NCBI GenBank assembly: GCA_002189035.1
Contig: NEEC01000011.1
Span: 186,001-250,000, forward strand
Direction: 5' to 3'
Length of the DNA: 64,000 nucleotides
Source of the DNA: Utricularia gibba
Taxonomy: Eukaryota; Plantae; Magnoliophyta
Shown here: in pieces, positions 63,901 to 64,000 of the stretch
How positions within the stretch are numbered: the first letter of the stretch is position 1
Layout of the letters: each line of letters starts with the position of its first letter
The notes under the pieces: generated by a model
Told to the model about the DNA's origin: nothing
The model's input: only the letters and a program-made list of their open reading frames with translations
Databases searched by the model: none
Program-made: the position numbers and the translations under genes

Positions 63901-64000
63901 GCACCTACTAGTTTGGCTTTTGAAATAGTGGAGTCTTATATGAATGCTATTGTTGCTCTTGAAAATTCTACTAGAACCCTTGCTCCAAAAGATGAATTTT

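Noticed and set aside
1-64000. CRISPR arrays, rRNA or tRNA genes, organellar insertions
   Set aside because: None seen; the repeats present are LTRs, TE subterminal repeats or simple tandem repeats.

Overview
Plant (angiosperm-like) nuclear DNA. Two small gene islands flank about 45 kb of nested, decayed transposons. The left island (1.9-5.7 kb) holds an intact intronless PEX11b (+), a heavily degraded RabD/Rab1 GTPase pseudogene (-), and a mitochondrial-type octanoyltransferase LIP2 (+) with a single frameshift in a G-run. The probable leader intron of LIP2 contains a ~257-nt fold-back. The right island (53.2-56.1 kb) is an IRK/PXC2-like LRR-VII receptor kinase with one intron and one apparent 1-nt frameshift. 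The region between contains a MULE transposase remnant, copia and Tat/Athila-like gypsy remnants, nine solo LTRs with 5-bp TSDs, a TIR/TSD-bounded 10.3-kb PIF/Harbinger element and a second PIF remnant. The most unusual signal is two highly diverged, intron-containing NIF/FCP1-like HAD phosphatase pseudogenes with matching intron positions. Both lie in DNA-transposon context: one convergent with the MULE transposase, one inside the PIF. Family assignments come from manual translation and remembered family motifs; no database searches were run. Boundaries of decayed elements are approximate unless a TSD is quoted.
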